Below are positions 31,858 to 43,786 of a stretch of 64,000 nt of DNA, piece by piece. The position numbers and the translations under genes are program-made. Where the stretch lies: positions 725 to 64,724 of the forward strand of contig CAWGEZ010000012.1 in NCBI GenBank assembly GCA_963821605.1, read 5' to 3'. Positions within the stretch are counted from its first letter, which is position 1; each line of letters starts with the position of its first letter. The notes beneath the pieces are model-generated. The model saw nothing but the letters and a program-made list of their open reading frames with translations. It had not been told where the DNA came from and ran no database searches. The DNA comes from an uncultured delta proteobacterium (GTDB taxonomy: Bacteria; Desulfobacterota; Syntrophorhabdia; Syntrophorhabdales; WCHB1-27).

Positions 31858-33159
31858 TTACTCCACAAGGATGATCTGGATATCCATGACATTAGTCCCT
31901 GTTGGGCCTGTGACCAGAAGATCATTCGTCTTCCGGAAGAAAGTATAGGAGTCGTTATTATCCAGGTAGGCCGGAGCATCAAGCTGCATACTCCTCGCGC
32001 GATCTATCGTGTAACCATCCACCAGCGCCCCGGCAGCATCAGTCGGGCCGTCCGTTCCGTCCGTTCCTGCCGATAGGAGCGTTATCCCTTTGACTCCCTT
32101 CGATCTCCAGCGCAAAGGCAAGTGCAAGCTCAGTATTCCGTCCTCCCGTGCCGGTACCCTTTACCGTGACTGTCGTTTCGCCGCCGGAGAGAAGGCATGC
32201 GGGGCGGTATGAGGTTCGCTGTGCGAGCGCTGATGCGCCAGGGATCGCGCTACCTCACGTGCTTCCCCCTGGAGGGTCGAGGAGAGTAGGGTGGTGTGAA
32301 ACCCCAGCTCCTCAGCCTTTTCCTTCGCGGCAAGGAGTGCCGTGCTGTTGCTCGCAACGACAATGTTCTGCACGTTGTCGAAGATGTCATCCCCCTGCTT
32401 CGGGGTCTCTGCGATTTCTCCCGGGCTGCCTCGTTCAAGCGTCGAGAGGACTGCTTTTGGTACCCGATCCGTAAGCCTGTATTTTTCGAGGACCGCGACG
32501 CGCATCGTGATAGGTGGACGTGTCCGGCGCCGTGGGGCCGGACGCGATCACATCGAGCCTGTCGCCGATCACGTCAGAGACGATCAGAGAAATAATAGAG
32601 GCCGGGTACGCGATCTCTGCCAGCCGTCCGCCTTTCACCATGGAGAGATGCTTTCGTACGGCGTTCAATTCGTTTATCGTTGCTCCCGATTTGAGGAGCA
32701 AATCTGTCAGCTCTTGTTTGTCTCCGAGGGTGATGCCTTCATGCGGCGCAACGAGCAAGGCAGATCCACCTCCGGAGATGAGACAGAGTATGAGCGTCCT
32801 TTCGTCGGCGTCTCTGACAAGGTCGACGATCGCCCGGGTAGCAGCCACGCCGTTTTCATCCGGCACCGGGTGGGCTGCTTCGTACGCAGTGATTCTCTGC
32901 GAGCCGGTTTGAGGCGCGTTGCATGACCGTACTTCGTGACGATAATGCCTGCGCTGATTAGATCACCGAGAAGATGCTCGCACGCCGCAGCCATGCGCCA
33001 CGAGGCCTTACCGAAGCCCATGACGAGAAGCCTCGTGAAGTCGCCAACCCGGAAAAAGGTGCGGACCTGCTCCAGTTCGGACTGAACGGCCTTAAACGGA
33101 TCGACCGCCGCAAGGGCGGCGTAAAAGATCTCCCGAGCAAGAGCTGCGTGGTTTGTCAT
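31858..33159 (-). CDS. Class II glycerate kinase (DUF4147/MOFRL), frameshifted
   Basis: [40 protein letters not shown]. Confidence 0.9.
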
Positions 33160-33283
33160 GGCGTTTTGACCTGCAATAACGGGACTTGTTCTGAAAAGTT
33201 ATCCCTCACACGTTTTGCGGGAGGCGATGGTCTATGAGCGCGTGTATTAGAAATGATATCTGGCTCAGATAGGCCGGATTTAT

Positions 33284-33405
33284 GCCAAGTTGCGTTCAAA
33301 CATAGAGCAAGGCGACCAGGAGGATAGCGACGGAGGCGTACTATGAGTACGTCGGAGTCGTGCCGACGCAGGCAACGAAGCTATATGAACTGAAGGCAAC
33401 TTGGC
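33284..33405. mobile_element. MITE-like family B, divergent copy
   Basis: GCCAAGTTGCGTTCA/TGAAGGCAACTTGGC TIRs; GGCGTAC-tatga-GTACGTC. Confidence 0.7.
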
Positions 33406-33484
33406 TGGATTCAGTTGATTGCACAGAGCTAGTGATGTAATCTGATAACATACGTAAAGATTCAAACCTGGAGGGAGGCGGAAG

Positions 33485-34072
33485 ATGAGGCGTAAAGCTC
33501 GTTCATGGGGTGCTCTTGCTGTTGCGCTGCTTGTCTGCATTGTTCTAATACCGGGCTGCACAAAGCCGCCGACAGAGGAAATTGCGAAGGCCGAAAAGGC
33601 TCTGGAAGGTGCAAAGGCAAAGGAAGCAGATAGTTATCTTGAGGATGGATTCAAGAAGGCCGAAGCAGCCCTCAAGAAGGCAAAAGACCTGCTGGCCCAG
33701 AAAGAGTATAAAGACGCGAAGGCTGCGGCGGAAGAGGCTTCATCCGGGGCCCAGCTCCTTTCTTCACAGGTGGATGCGGCCAAGGCGAAGATGAAGACTG
33801 AGGCGGAGCAGATGCTTCAGGAGGTCAAGGCGCAAACAAATGAACTAAAAGACAGTCGTTGCTGACGCTGTCAAGAAAAAGGTCGCAATCAATCGGGACG
33901 AAGCCCAGACCCTGATAGGGAAGAATGAGGTTGACCTCATCAATGTGAAGGTCAGGCTTGAAACGGGAAAAGTTCGCCAGGCATACGACGACCTGAAGGT
34001 TATGAAATCACAAACCGCCACCCAAAAGGAGAAACTCACGGCGGCGTTGCCGCCGACCCGGAGAAGAAGTAG
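33485..34072 (+). CDS. Coiled-coil lipoprotein (DUF4398-like), frameshifted
   Basis: Lipobox-like IPGC followed by KPPTEEIAKAE; Ala/Lys/Glu helices. Confidence 0.7.
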
Positions 34073-34212
34073 TACCGATTTGCATTCAAGATGGAGACCG
34101 AGGCGGCAGCGAGGAGATGACGCAGGCGTACTCAGACGTACGTCGAGGAAAGCGATAGCGGCGCAGCATCCTGTAAGGACAACGAAGGTATACACTTGAA
34201 GGCGAATTGGTA
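34073..34212. mobile_element. MITE-like family B, copy 3
   Basis: TACCGATTTGCATTCAAG...CTTGAAGGCGAATTGGTA, starting immediately after TAG. Confidence 0.85.
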
Positions 34213-34229
34213 AGGGAGAGCGAGAGTCG

Positions 34230-35269
34230 ATGGTAGCTATCTGCAGCCCGTGGGAATTCCGTTCATGGTTGCCCTCCTGACCGCGCTGGCCCTCTTCCTT
34301 TTTCGAGGTCTCGCGTTCAAGGTCTTGCGGAGGTATGGACAGCGTTCGGAAACAAGAATAAGAATAGATGACCTCATCATCCGCTCTTTGAGATCGCCCT
34401 CGTTTTTCTGGTGCATCGCTATCGGTCTCCACGTGGGAGTCGCTGTGTCGGACATCCCGGATAAGTACGCTTTCTTCTTCAGCAAGGCCATAGATATCAT
34501 CGTCATCCTCTCTATTACTCTGGCCGCGGCCAATGTCTCCGGGAACATGCTGAAGAGTTACATCCAGGCGGCGAACATCCCCACGCCGCCCACGGGCCTT
34601 ATTTACGGGATTCTGAAAGGGCTGATTTTCCTGATGGGCGTACTTGTTACCCTTCGTACGCTTGGCATATCGATTCTGCCCCTTGTCACTACACTCGGGA
34701 TCGGCGGGCTTGCCGTGGCTCTGGCCCTGCAAGATACGCTGGCAAACCTTTTTTCCGGCATACAGATACTCATGGAAAAATCGATACGGGTCGGAGACTA
34801 TATCAAAGTGGAAACAGGTGAACAAGGATACGTGGAGGATGTAACCTGGAGAAGCACAAGACTGAGGATGGCGCCCGATAACGTAGATTGTCGTTCCAAA
34901 CAGCAAAATGGCAAGAGCGTGGTGACGAACTATTCTCAGCCCGATAAGAAGGTGTCCGTCTCCATCGTTGTTCGTGTGGATTATGCATCGGATCCGGACC
35001 GGATAGAGGGTATACTGATTGAAGAAGCAAAGAAGGCATTGGGTGAGGTCCCCGGTTTATTGGGAGAGCCCGAGCCCATGGTCCGTTTAGCGCCGGGCTT
35101 CGGGGACTACGGCCTTGAGTTCACCCTTATATGCCAGGTGGAGTCATTCGGTCAACAATTGCTTGTTCAGCATGAATTAAGAAAGAGGATTTTCAAGCGG
35201 TTCGGCCGGAAGGGCGTTACGGTACCTGTTGTGGAAAGAACCGTTCTCTCCACGGGACAAAAGGCCTGA
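34230..35269 (+). CDS. MscS mechanosensitive channel
   Basis: LGIGGLAVALALQDTLANLFSG, IRVGDYI. Confidence 0.92.
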
Positions 35270-35323
35270 TATAGCAGGCTATTCTTGCCGCACACGGCGG
35301 AACGGAGTGTGATGTAGGGGTTT

Positions 35324-36351
35324 ATGCAGGAAAACAAATTTCAGCTACTGACGCTTTCTGCACTCGTCTTACTGCTTGGATACGTGACCTATCTCATATT
35401 CAGGCCCTTCTTTGTGCCGATCGGTTGGGCCATTGTTTTTGCCATCGTCCTCTACCCGGTACACAATTTCTTTCTCAGATACCTGAAGGTGGGCATCTCT
35501 TTCGGCTGTTCTCATACTCATCCTGATTCTCATTATGACCCTCGGTCCGCTTTCCTACGTGTCATATCAACTGGCGGTGGAGCTCCAGAACATCTCCTTT
35601 GAACACGCAACGGAAGAGATCGTGGATATCTTCAGCCACCCGCTCATCCAATCCCTCGTTAAACGGATACTTTCTCTTTTCAGCATAACCGAGGACACAG
35701 TTCAGGGCCTCTGTTGTCGCCAATCTCACGAGGCTCGGCAAGAATCTGCTCGGGCTCGCAGGAGGCAGGATAAGCGACGTCATCGCCGGTGCATTTGATT
35801 TTGTTCTGATGGCCTTCACCCTCTTTTTCCTCCTCAAGGACGGTCCGAAATTTCTCGAAAAGATGCGCGATTACATGCCATTTCCCGAGCATGAAAAGAA
35901 GCAGCTCACAAAACAGGTAAAAGATGTAGTCGTGTCGACCATCTATGGTGGCGTTGTGGTTGCTCTTACGCAAGGCCTTATCGGTGTGATTGCATTCGCC
36001 ATCGTTGGCATCCGGGCCCCTGTGCTGTGGGCAATGGCCATGTCGATCACCTCTTTCATCCCCATCGTCGGTTGCGCGCTGGTGTGGGTGCCGGCCACGC
36101 TCTATCTGTTCGCCGAGGGACTGACCACTCAGGCTTTGATCCTCGCTGCGATCGGTATTTTCGCCATAAGCACGGTAGATAATGTCTTGAGACCTATCAT
36201 CATCAGGGGCAGGGTGAGCATGCCCCTTGTGCTCGTCTTCTTCAGCGTTTTTGGTGGAATCCAGGTCTTCGGCCTGCTCGGCCTTGTCCTTGGCCCCCTC
36301 GTTGTGGCCGTATTCGTCTCGGTGGTGGGCATAATCAGAACCAGAGAGTAA
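35324..36351 (+). CDS. AI-2E family transporter (frameshifted)
   Basis: FFLLKDG, VDNVLRP, FGLLGLVLGP. Confidence 0.9.
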
Positions 36352-36474
36352 TACCGATTTGCCTTCAAGCGTATACCTTCGTTGTCGCTGCGTCGCTCTC
36401 CTCGACGTACTTCTAGTACGCCTGCGTCGGCTCCTCGCTGCCGCCTCGGTCTCCATCTTGAATACAAATCGGTA
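36352..36474. mobile_element. MITE-like family B, copy 4 (inverted)
   Basis: TACCGATTTGCCTTCAAG...CTTGAATACAAATCGGTA, immediately after TAA. Confidence 0.85.
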
Positions 36475-36672
36475 TGAGATCCAGAATAGGAAAAAGATAA
36501 AACAGGTTAAGGTTAAGCTTAAGAAAAAGAAGCTACGCTTTCCTCAACCTCAACCTCAACCTTTGTCTGTAGTCTTTACCTCAACCTGTTTTGTCGGGGC
36601 GTCTTGCATTGTCAGCCGTCCCGGCGTAAAATATGAGCCATCAGAAGCTGAATACAATCCAAAGGAGCAATC

Positions 36673-37366
36673 ATGAAAGTACGATCAGTTACGCTATTGG
36701 TAGTCGGTCTGCTTTTTTCAGCGGTCAGCTTATACGCCGCGGAGGAGGCGCCCCTGAAAACGCCGAAAGATAAGTTGAGTTACATCATCGGTGTTCAGAT
36801 CGGCAACGATCTCAAAAGCCAGTCCGTCGATGTTGATCCTGCCATCGTCAACAGGGGCCTGCAGGATTCAATGGCTGGAAAAAGCCTCTTGATCGGCGAT
36901 CAGGAAGCAAAGGAGATCATAGGGGCCTATCAGAAGGAAAGGGCCGTAAAGATGGCTGAGGAGAAAAAGAAGCTTGGCGACAAAAACAAACAGGAGGGAG
37001 CCGCCTTCGCTGGCTGAGAACAAAAAGAAGGAAGGGGTAAAGACGCTGCCCAGCGGCCTGCAGTACAAAGTCATCAAAGAGGGCACCGGCAAGACACCGA
37101 AGGCGACCGATACCGTCGTCACTCAGTACAAGGGGACATTGGTCAATGGTACGGAGTTCGATAGCTCGTACAAGCGCGGCGAGCCTGCAACCTTCCCGGT
37201 CAATGGCGTCATCCGCGGCTGGACTGAAGCCCTGCAGTTGATGAAAGAAGGCTCCACATGGCAAATCGTTGTCCCGCCGGAACTGGCTTACGGTGAACAG
37301 GGCGCCGGTCCTATCGGTCCGAACGCCACCTTGATCTTCGAAGTAGAATTAGTGTCAGTAAAATGA
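36673..37366 (+). CDS. FKBP-type PPIase (Mip/FkpA-like), frameshift near 37010
   Basis: SGLQYKV, EFDSSYKRG, VIRGWTEALQLM. Confidence 0.93.
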
Positions 37367-37479
37367 TGTTAGAACCTGTGCTTAGTGCTTCGTTTCTCGT
37401 TCTTCGTTAACCTTACTTTTTAACCAAGAACCAAGAACTAAGAACGACGAGAACCAAGCGCGAAGCGCGGAGTCAGTGC

Positions 37480-38701
37480 ATGGCTGACGAAGACCTTTCC
37501 CGGCTTAAAATAGAGAAATCGAAGATCACGCCTGGCCCTGCGAAAAAGCGCAAGGTGTGGCGGTATGTTGCCGCGGGCCTCGTTCTGCTCCTGTTGATCC
37601 TGCTCTATTCTACAGGTCTGCTTAGGCCCGCGACCGAGGTGCAGGTTGCCAGCGTGGTGCAGGTCTACCCTTCCCAGGGACTTACGCTTCTCAATGCGAG
37701 CGGTTACGTTGTGGCGCAGCGCAAGTCAGCGCTCGCATCGAAGGTCACAGGCCGTCTCATCTGGCTCGGCGTGGAGGAGGGGAGCAGGATAAAGAAAGGC
37801 GAGGTGATTGCGCGCCTGGAGAGCGAGGACGTCGAAGCGGCGGAAAGACAGGCCCGGGCGAACCTGAACAATGCGCGGGCCAACCTCGATTCCGCCAAGG
37901 CTGAACTGAGCGATGCCACGTTGGCAATGAACCGCAACAAAGAGCTCGTCAGCAAGGGTCTCATCGCGCAAGCGGATTACGATACCGTTTTCGCCCGGTA
38001 TCAGAAGGCCGTCGCCGGAGTCGGCGCGGCAGAGGCAGCAGTGAGGGCGAGCCAACGCCGCGCTGGAAGCGGCAAGGGTTGCCGTCGACTATACGCAGAT
38101 CCGGGCGCCCTTCGATGCCGTCGTTCTGACGAAGAACGCCGACGTGGGCGACATAGTGACGCCCATCGGTGCGGCTGCCAATGCCAAGTCCGCCGTGGTC
38201 ACGATTGCCGACATGGATTCGCTGCGTGTGGAGGCGGATGTTTCCGAGTCTAACCTTGAAAAGGTGAAGGTCGGCCAGCCGTGCGAAATCCAACTGGATG
38301 CTCTTCCCGAGATCCGCTTCCGCGGCGAGGTGCACATGATCGTGCCCACCGCCGACCGCAGCAAAGCAACCGTGCTGGTAAAAGTCCGTTTCCTCGAACC
38401 GGATCCCCGCATTCTGCCCGAGATGAGCGCCAAGGTAGCCTTTCTTGTCACGTTCCGTCAACCGGACGAGCAGAAGTCGCGGACCGCCGTGAGCCCAAGA
38501 GGCCGTACGTACTCACGGGCGAGAAGAACGTGCTCTTTGTCGTTAACAGACAGCAGCGTGTGGAAAGGTCGGTCACTCTGGGGTCGAGACCTCGGTGACA
38601 TGATGGAAGTCTCGACGGTGTCAAGGCCGGGGAGAAGGTCGTACTCAACCCCCCTAACGGGCTGAGGAACGGCTCCCGCATCAAAGTTCGTGGAAAAATA
38701 A
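37480..38701 (+). CDS. Efflux periplasmic adaptor (MFP), frameshifted
   Basis: ASGYVVAQRK, VEADVSE, PTADRSKATVLVKV. Confidence 0.88.
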
Positions 38702-39389
38702 GTGGGACGATACCACCCCATCGTCCAGTCACGGCATGTGAGCAAATCATACGACGAGGCAACCCAGTTGTGCCCGTCCTCGACGACATAACCTTTGACA
38801 TCGACGAAGGGGAGTTTCTTGCCCTGATGGGCCCGTCCGGTTCCGGAAAAAGCACGCTTCTCAATCTCATTGCCGGGATCGACAAGGTGGACAGCGGAAC
38901 CATAGACGTCGGGGGTGTCGATATCACGACGCTCTCTGAAACTGACCTCGCCCATTGGCGGGCGATCCAACGTCGGCTTTATCTTCCAGTTCTACAACTT
39001 AATCCCGGTGCTCACGGCGTTCGAGAACGTGGAGCTTCCCTTGACTCCTGACGGGAATCTTCCCGCAAGGCAGCGACGTGAGCATGTCGAACTGGCGCTC
39101 AAGGATCGTCAACCTGCCGCACCGTATGGACCACTATCCTGGCCAGCTCTCGGGCGGTGAGCAGCAGCGCGTCGCCATAGCCCGCGCCGTCGTGACCGAC
39201 CCCACAGATACTGGTGGCCGACGAACCGACGGGGGATCTGGACCGCGCCGTCGGCGGAGGAGATGCTGACCCTCATGGACAGGCTCAACCGCGAGTCGGG
39301 GAAGACGATCATCATGGTCACCCACGACCCGCGGGCTGCCAGAGAGGGCGCACATAATCCGGCATCTCGATAAAGGTGTTCTTGAGTGA
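38702..39389 (+). CDS. MacB/LolD-type ABC ATPase, frameshifted
   Basis: [34 protein letters not shown]. Confidence 0.88.
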
Positions 39390-40558
39390 TGCTCATCCTC
39401 AAGACTACTCTTTAGGAATGCCTTTCGCCACAAGCTGCGCACAGGCCTGACCATTTCGGCATCACCATCGCCGTTCTGGCTTTCGGGCTTCTCCGGACCG
39501 TCATCACCACCTGGTACATGGGTGTCGAGGCGTCCGTCGGCAAACAGGCTCTGGACCAGGAACGCCATATCGCTCATGTCTTCCGCCTCCCCATCGCCTA
39601 TCAAGGAAAAGATCCGCCAGATAGAAGGAGTGAAGTTCGTCTCGCAGCTTCACCTGGTTCGGAGGCATCTACATCGACGAGAAGAACTTCTTCGCCAAGT
39701 TCGCGGTGGAGCCGGAGACCTACATGGAAGCATACTCCGAGTATTACTATTCCGCCGGAGCAAAAGGCCGCGCTTCTTCGGGACAGAAAGGGCGCTGTAG
39801 CCGGCCGCAAGCTGGCAGCGCGCTATCGGATGGAAGATCGGCGATACAATCACCCTGAAGGGAACGATCTATCCCGGCAACTGGGAGTTTGTGCTGCGCG
39901 GCATCTATCCCGGGGGACCCGCAAGAGATGCGGATGAGACGGTCTTTTTCTTCCACTGGGATTATCTCAACGAGACGCTCAAGAAAACGGCTCCGCTCGC
40001 GCGGATCAGGTCGGAGCGTTCATCGTCGTGGTGAAAGAACCCGGATACGGCCGCTGATGTGGCCGCCGAATCGACGAGACGTTCAAGAACTCCCTTGCCG
40101 AGACGCTCACCGAGACGGAGAAGGCCTTCGTCCTGGGCTTCATCTCCATGAGCGAGACGATCATTACGGCGATCCAGCTGGTCTCTTTCGTGGTCATCGC
40201 CATCATCCTCGCCGTAGTGGCAAATACGATGTCGATGACAGCCCGGGAACGCATCGGAGGAGTATGCGACGCTCAAGACCCTCGGCTTTGGAGGCTGGCG
40301 CATCGCCAGCGCTCATATTCGGTGAGTCTCTCGTCATCACCTGGCGGGCTGTCTGCTCGGGATAGCTCCTCACTTTCCCGACGCGCAGGGCCTTTGGTCA
40401 AGTCCTGGACCAGTATTTCCCTGCCTTCAACGTCACCGGCAAGACGATCTGGCTGGACATCGCTGCGTCTCTCCTGGTCGGTCTTCTTGCGGCAGTCATT
40501 CCCACATGGCAAGCCATCCAAGACGCCGATCGCGGATGGCCTAAGGAGGATCGGCTAG
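39389..40558 (+). CDS. ABC permease (FtsX/MacB type) 1, heavily frameshifted
   Basis: [20 protein letters not shown] fragments. Confidence 0.8.
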
Positions 40559-41737
40559 ATGGCAATTCCCTTGTCGTACAGCATTCCGCAATCTCTGGAC
40601 CAGACGGCTCACGACCGTGCTGACCGCCTCAGGCATGGCCCTCGTCGTCTTTGTCTTCGCCTCGATCCTGATGCTCGCCCAGGGGCTCCAGAAATCGCTC
40701 GTGGAACACCGGATCGTATGACAACGTGATCGTCATTCGCAAGGGATCGGGCATCGGAGGTGCAGAGCGGCATTGACCGTCTCGCAGGCCTCGGTCCTGG
40801 AGACATGCAGCCGGAGGTGGCTATTGGACCCGACGGCCAGAGGCTCGTCGCCAAAGAGGTGGTCGTTCTGATAACGCTGCCCAAGCGGGGAAGTGACAAG
40901 CCCTCGAACGTGATGATACGGGGCGTCGAGCAGCGGCTCCCTGGCTTTGAGGCCGCAGGTGAAGATCATGGAAGGGACGCATGCCGAGACCTGGCTCGTC
41001 GGAGATCATGGCCGGGCAGAGCATGGCAAGGCGATTCAAGGGAGGCGGCATCAGTGAGACGCTCCGCTTCGGCATGCGTGACTGGACCGTCGTCGGGATC
41101 TTCGATGCCGGCAATACCGGACTTCAGCTCCGAGATATGGGGCGACGTGGACCAGTTGATGCAGGCCTTCCGCAGGCCGGTCTACTCTTCGGTGCTCTTC
41201 AAGCTGTACGATGCCTCTCTGTTTCGAGGCGGTCAAGGCGCGCATCGAGAAAGACCCGCGACTCACCTGGAGGTGAAGCGGGAGAACAGATACTACCTCG
41301 ACCAGTCGGAGATGATGGCCAAGTTCCTGCGCATCCTCGGCATCTCTCTCACGGTCATATTCTCGCTCGGCGCGATCATCGGCGCCATGATCACCATGTA
41401 CTCCGCGGTGGCAATCCGGACCACGGAGATCGGCACCATGCGCGCCCTGGGCTTTCAGAGGAGGAGCATCCTGGGTGCCTTTCTTGTTCGAGGCGCTGCT
41501 GCTCGGCTTGCTCGGCGGGGGCGTCGGGCTCTTGCCTTTGCCTCGTTCATGCAGTTGATCACCGTCTCCACGGTAAACTTTCAGACGTTTTCCGAGCTGG
41601 CCTTCAGCTTCACGCTGACGGCGCGCATCGCGCTGAGCGCACTGGCGTTTGCGCTGATTATGGGATTTGTCGGGGGGGTGTTGCCGGCGGTGCGGGCATC
41701 GCGGATGAATATAGTGGAGGCTCTTCGGTCGGCGTAG
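40559..41737 (+). CDS. ABC permease (FtsX/MacB type) 2, heavily frameshifted
   Basis: RTTEIGTMRALGF, LPAVRASRMNIVEALRS. Confidence 0.85.
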
Positions 41738-41875
41738 GGGCGGCTTCGTCTAAGGCTCATCTCCTTCGTTGCCTGCGGCCCGCGTCACTCCGACGTACCG
41801 CCAGGTACGCCTCCGTAGCCCAGACCTCGGCGCGCCTCGGTATGCATCAAAATTCAACCTGGCATGAAGAACCTG
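41735..41875. repeat. Family B-related element at the permease stop codon
   Basis: CCTTCGTTGCCTGCG and CGACGTAC-n5-GTACGCC shared with family B; right end approximate. Confidence 0.55.
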
Positions 41876-41927
41876 CATTGAAACTCCGCGGCCTTGTTAT
41901 AACCTGCACCCCGGAAGCTCAGATAAC

Positions 41928-42004
41928 CACAGACAAGCCGCTTCACCGTGCGGAACGCCTACGGATGGCAAGGTTTTTCACTTGCTGTTGAGCGGCAGTT
42001 CTGC
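41928..42004 (+). other. Degenerate attC-like site
   Basis: GCCGCTTCA/TGAGCGGC L boxes and R' GTTCTGC; R'' damaged. Confidence 0.5.
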
Positions 42005-42210
42005 CTTTCCTTCAATTTATTATATTAAACGCAATGATTGACGGGCTGTATGTGCGGGTGTACACTTTTGTTGGGTAAGTATCCGGTATCACATAATTGG
42101 ATGCGAGTCGGCCTGTGATTGGGTGTTAAGGTCAAACGGTGAGGCCGTTGAGTGCGCCGAGTGCCGTTAATGCGGCAGAAGGCTTGGCACACGGATTCTG
42201 TAAAAGTAGA

Positions 42211-42288
42211 CTGAAGCGAGGATATACAGAATTTTTTCTGCAATATTCGAAAAAGGCAGAATTCTTTCTGGATACTTAATTGTTATCA
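42211..42288 (+). other. Degenerate attC-like site
   Basis: TATACAGAA/TTCTGGATA arms; R' GTTATCA is complementary to the next R'' TGATAAC. Confidence 0.5.
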
Positions 42289-42683
42289 CCACCAGACAAA
42301 CACATGAAACACCTGCGTTTGGCCAGTTTTGAGAAGCTTCGAGGAACGATGGTATGGGTCCGCAAGAGAAGGTAAGAAGGCTTTTTGAGACGAAGACCGA
42401 TAAAGCCGTGGAGAAGACCTTGCATGCCGGACCGACTCTTCTTCCTTCTTCCTTCTTCCCCGTCTTCGGCGTCCTGTTCAACAGAACTCGGTATCGCTGT
42501 GACGGTGCCGGAGACGATTATGAACTTCCCGTTGAGAAAAGCGCAGGGCCGTGAAAAATGATTTCTTCCGTAAGGCAGACTGTCGTGGTATTGTTCGTTT
42601 AGATGAAGAAGCATGGGTGTTGGTCGGTATGACCCGGCTCGTCCACATAGGCCATGCTGTGCGGCACCGGGAGTTGGTGCGAG

Positions 42684-42746
42684 TGATAACGAATCGCTGA
42701 ACCTGACCCGGCAGAAAACGCCGGTCAGGTTAGCTTCGTGTTCGGT
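42684..42746 (+). other. Integron attC site
   Basis: R'' TGATAAC, GCTgAACCTGAC/GTCAGGTTAGC with extrahelical base, R' GTTCGGT. Confidence 0.85.
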
Positions 42747-42753
42747 GAATGAA

Positions 42754-43283
42754 ATGATTTGGCAGATCATCGTCGAAAGATCACTCTATGGCCTTGATAA
42801 GTTCCTCAAGGAGTCCGATTGGAAGGGGCGCGAGAATGAGGTGGTGAATCTCTTCGCCCACGGCTTTTTAGCCCGTGAGGTCTGTAAAAGATGAAGGTCC
42901 CTTGACCTCAATCTCTCAGGTGGCTATCGAGGTCGCTGTGCCACAAGTAACCGGTTCCTGCAAGAAGCATGTCCGTAAAGACTTGGTTATCTGGCCCCGT
43001 TCTCTGATGACTCACCGCATGGTCAGAGGATTCATTGCCTGCGGTTATCATGGAATGGAAACGGGACGCCCCCTCCGCATGCATACGAGACATCGAATGG
43101 CTGTCGGTATTTACGAGACGGCATCCACAAACGCTTGGAGTGTCGGTGTGTGCTCTCCTGTCGGGAGTTCGTGGAACGGAGTGGATAATTGTAGAGATGG
43201 AAACCGAACAAAGCCCTGCAGCCGACCTCCTAAAATCGGCGGCTGAGCTATCCGTTATACCGCTGGAATATATAATGCGATAG
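42754..43283 (+). CDS. Cassette ORF, putative PD-(D/E)xK-fold protein (frameshifted)
   Basis: GRENEVV...IEVAVPQ...RKDLVIW...VIMEWK across three frames. Confidence 0.5.
43203..43260 (+). other. Integron attC site
   Basis: R'' ACCGAAC, GCCCTGCAGCCGAC/TCGGCGGCTGAGC, R' GTTATAC. Confidence 0.85.
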
Positions 43284-43315
43284 TCGTTGATAAACTAATT
43301 GACATTTCTGAACCC

Positions 43316-43666
43316 ATGCTGGAGATGTGGCTCGATTTCCGTGATGAGTGGGCCGCAGATAAGAAAGGGATACCTTACTTCATTCTTATGACCTCGTTTG
43401 CAGGATACATTGTAAATCTATATGTCGATAAAGAACTGGACATGCTAAAAAGGATACTGGCTGCCATTGAAGACCTTTATTGCAATGAAGGGACCGAAGT
43501 TAACATGCTTCTCACGAGTGGCTTGTTAGAAGATATCCAGTTGTTCCTCAAAGAAGAGAATATTCTCCTTAGCACTTTTATGGCTCTGTTAGGAGATAAA
43601 TCTAAAGAACGTTGGGAAGCTGTAAGGGCTTATCTTGAAGAAGGAAAGCCCATAAAATACGAATAG
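43316..43666 (+). CDS. Cassette ORF, small helical hypothetical protein
   Basis: AT-rich 116-aa ORF whose stop abuts the attC R''. Confidence 0.75.
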   Translation: MLEMWLDFRDEWAADKKGIPYFILMTSFAGYIVNLYVDKELDMLKRILAAIEDLYCNEGTEVNMLLTSGLLEDIQLFLKEENILLSTFMALLGDKSKERWEAVRAYLEEGKPIKYE

Positions 43667-43755
43667 GTATAACCATTTCATGCACCGGACGCGGAAGAAA
43701 GGTGGGTTGTTTTGCCATCAATGCCCCGGTCGCGCCGGTGATGACCATGTTATGC
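43667..43755 (+). other. Integron attC site
   Basis: R'' GTATAAC, CATgCACCGGaCGCG/CGCGCCGGTGATG, R' GTTATGC. Confidence 0.9.
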
Positions 43756-43786
43756 AAAACCAGATTTTGCCGATAAATCAAGGGAG

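Noticed and set aside
37480-41737. Mass pseudogenisation or programmed frameshifting (also darG, proC, murJ, tonB, FKBP and others)
   Set aside because: Single-base indels are scattered through many genes, including normally essential ones such as murJ, with few in-frame stops; most consistent with long-read consensus error.
42005-42172. Additional attC-like ends (GTTGGGT, GTTAAGG, GTTAATG)
   Set aside because: No convincing paired R''/L boxes; possibly decayed sites but unsupported.
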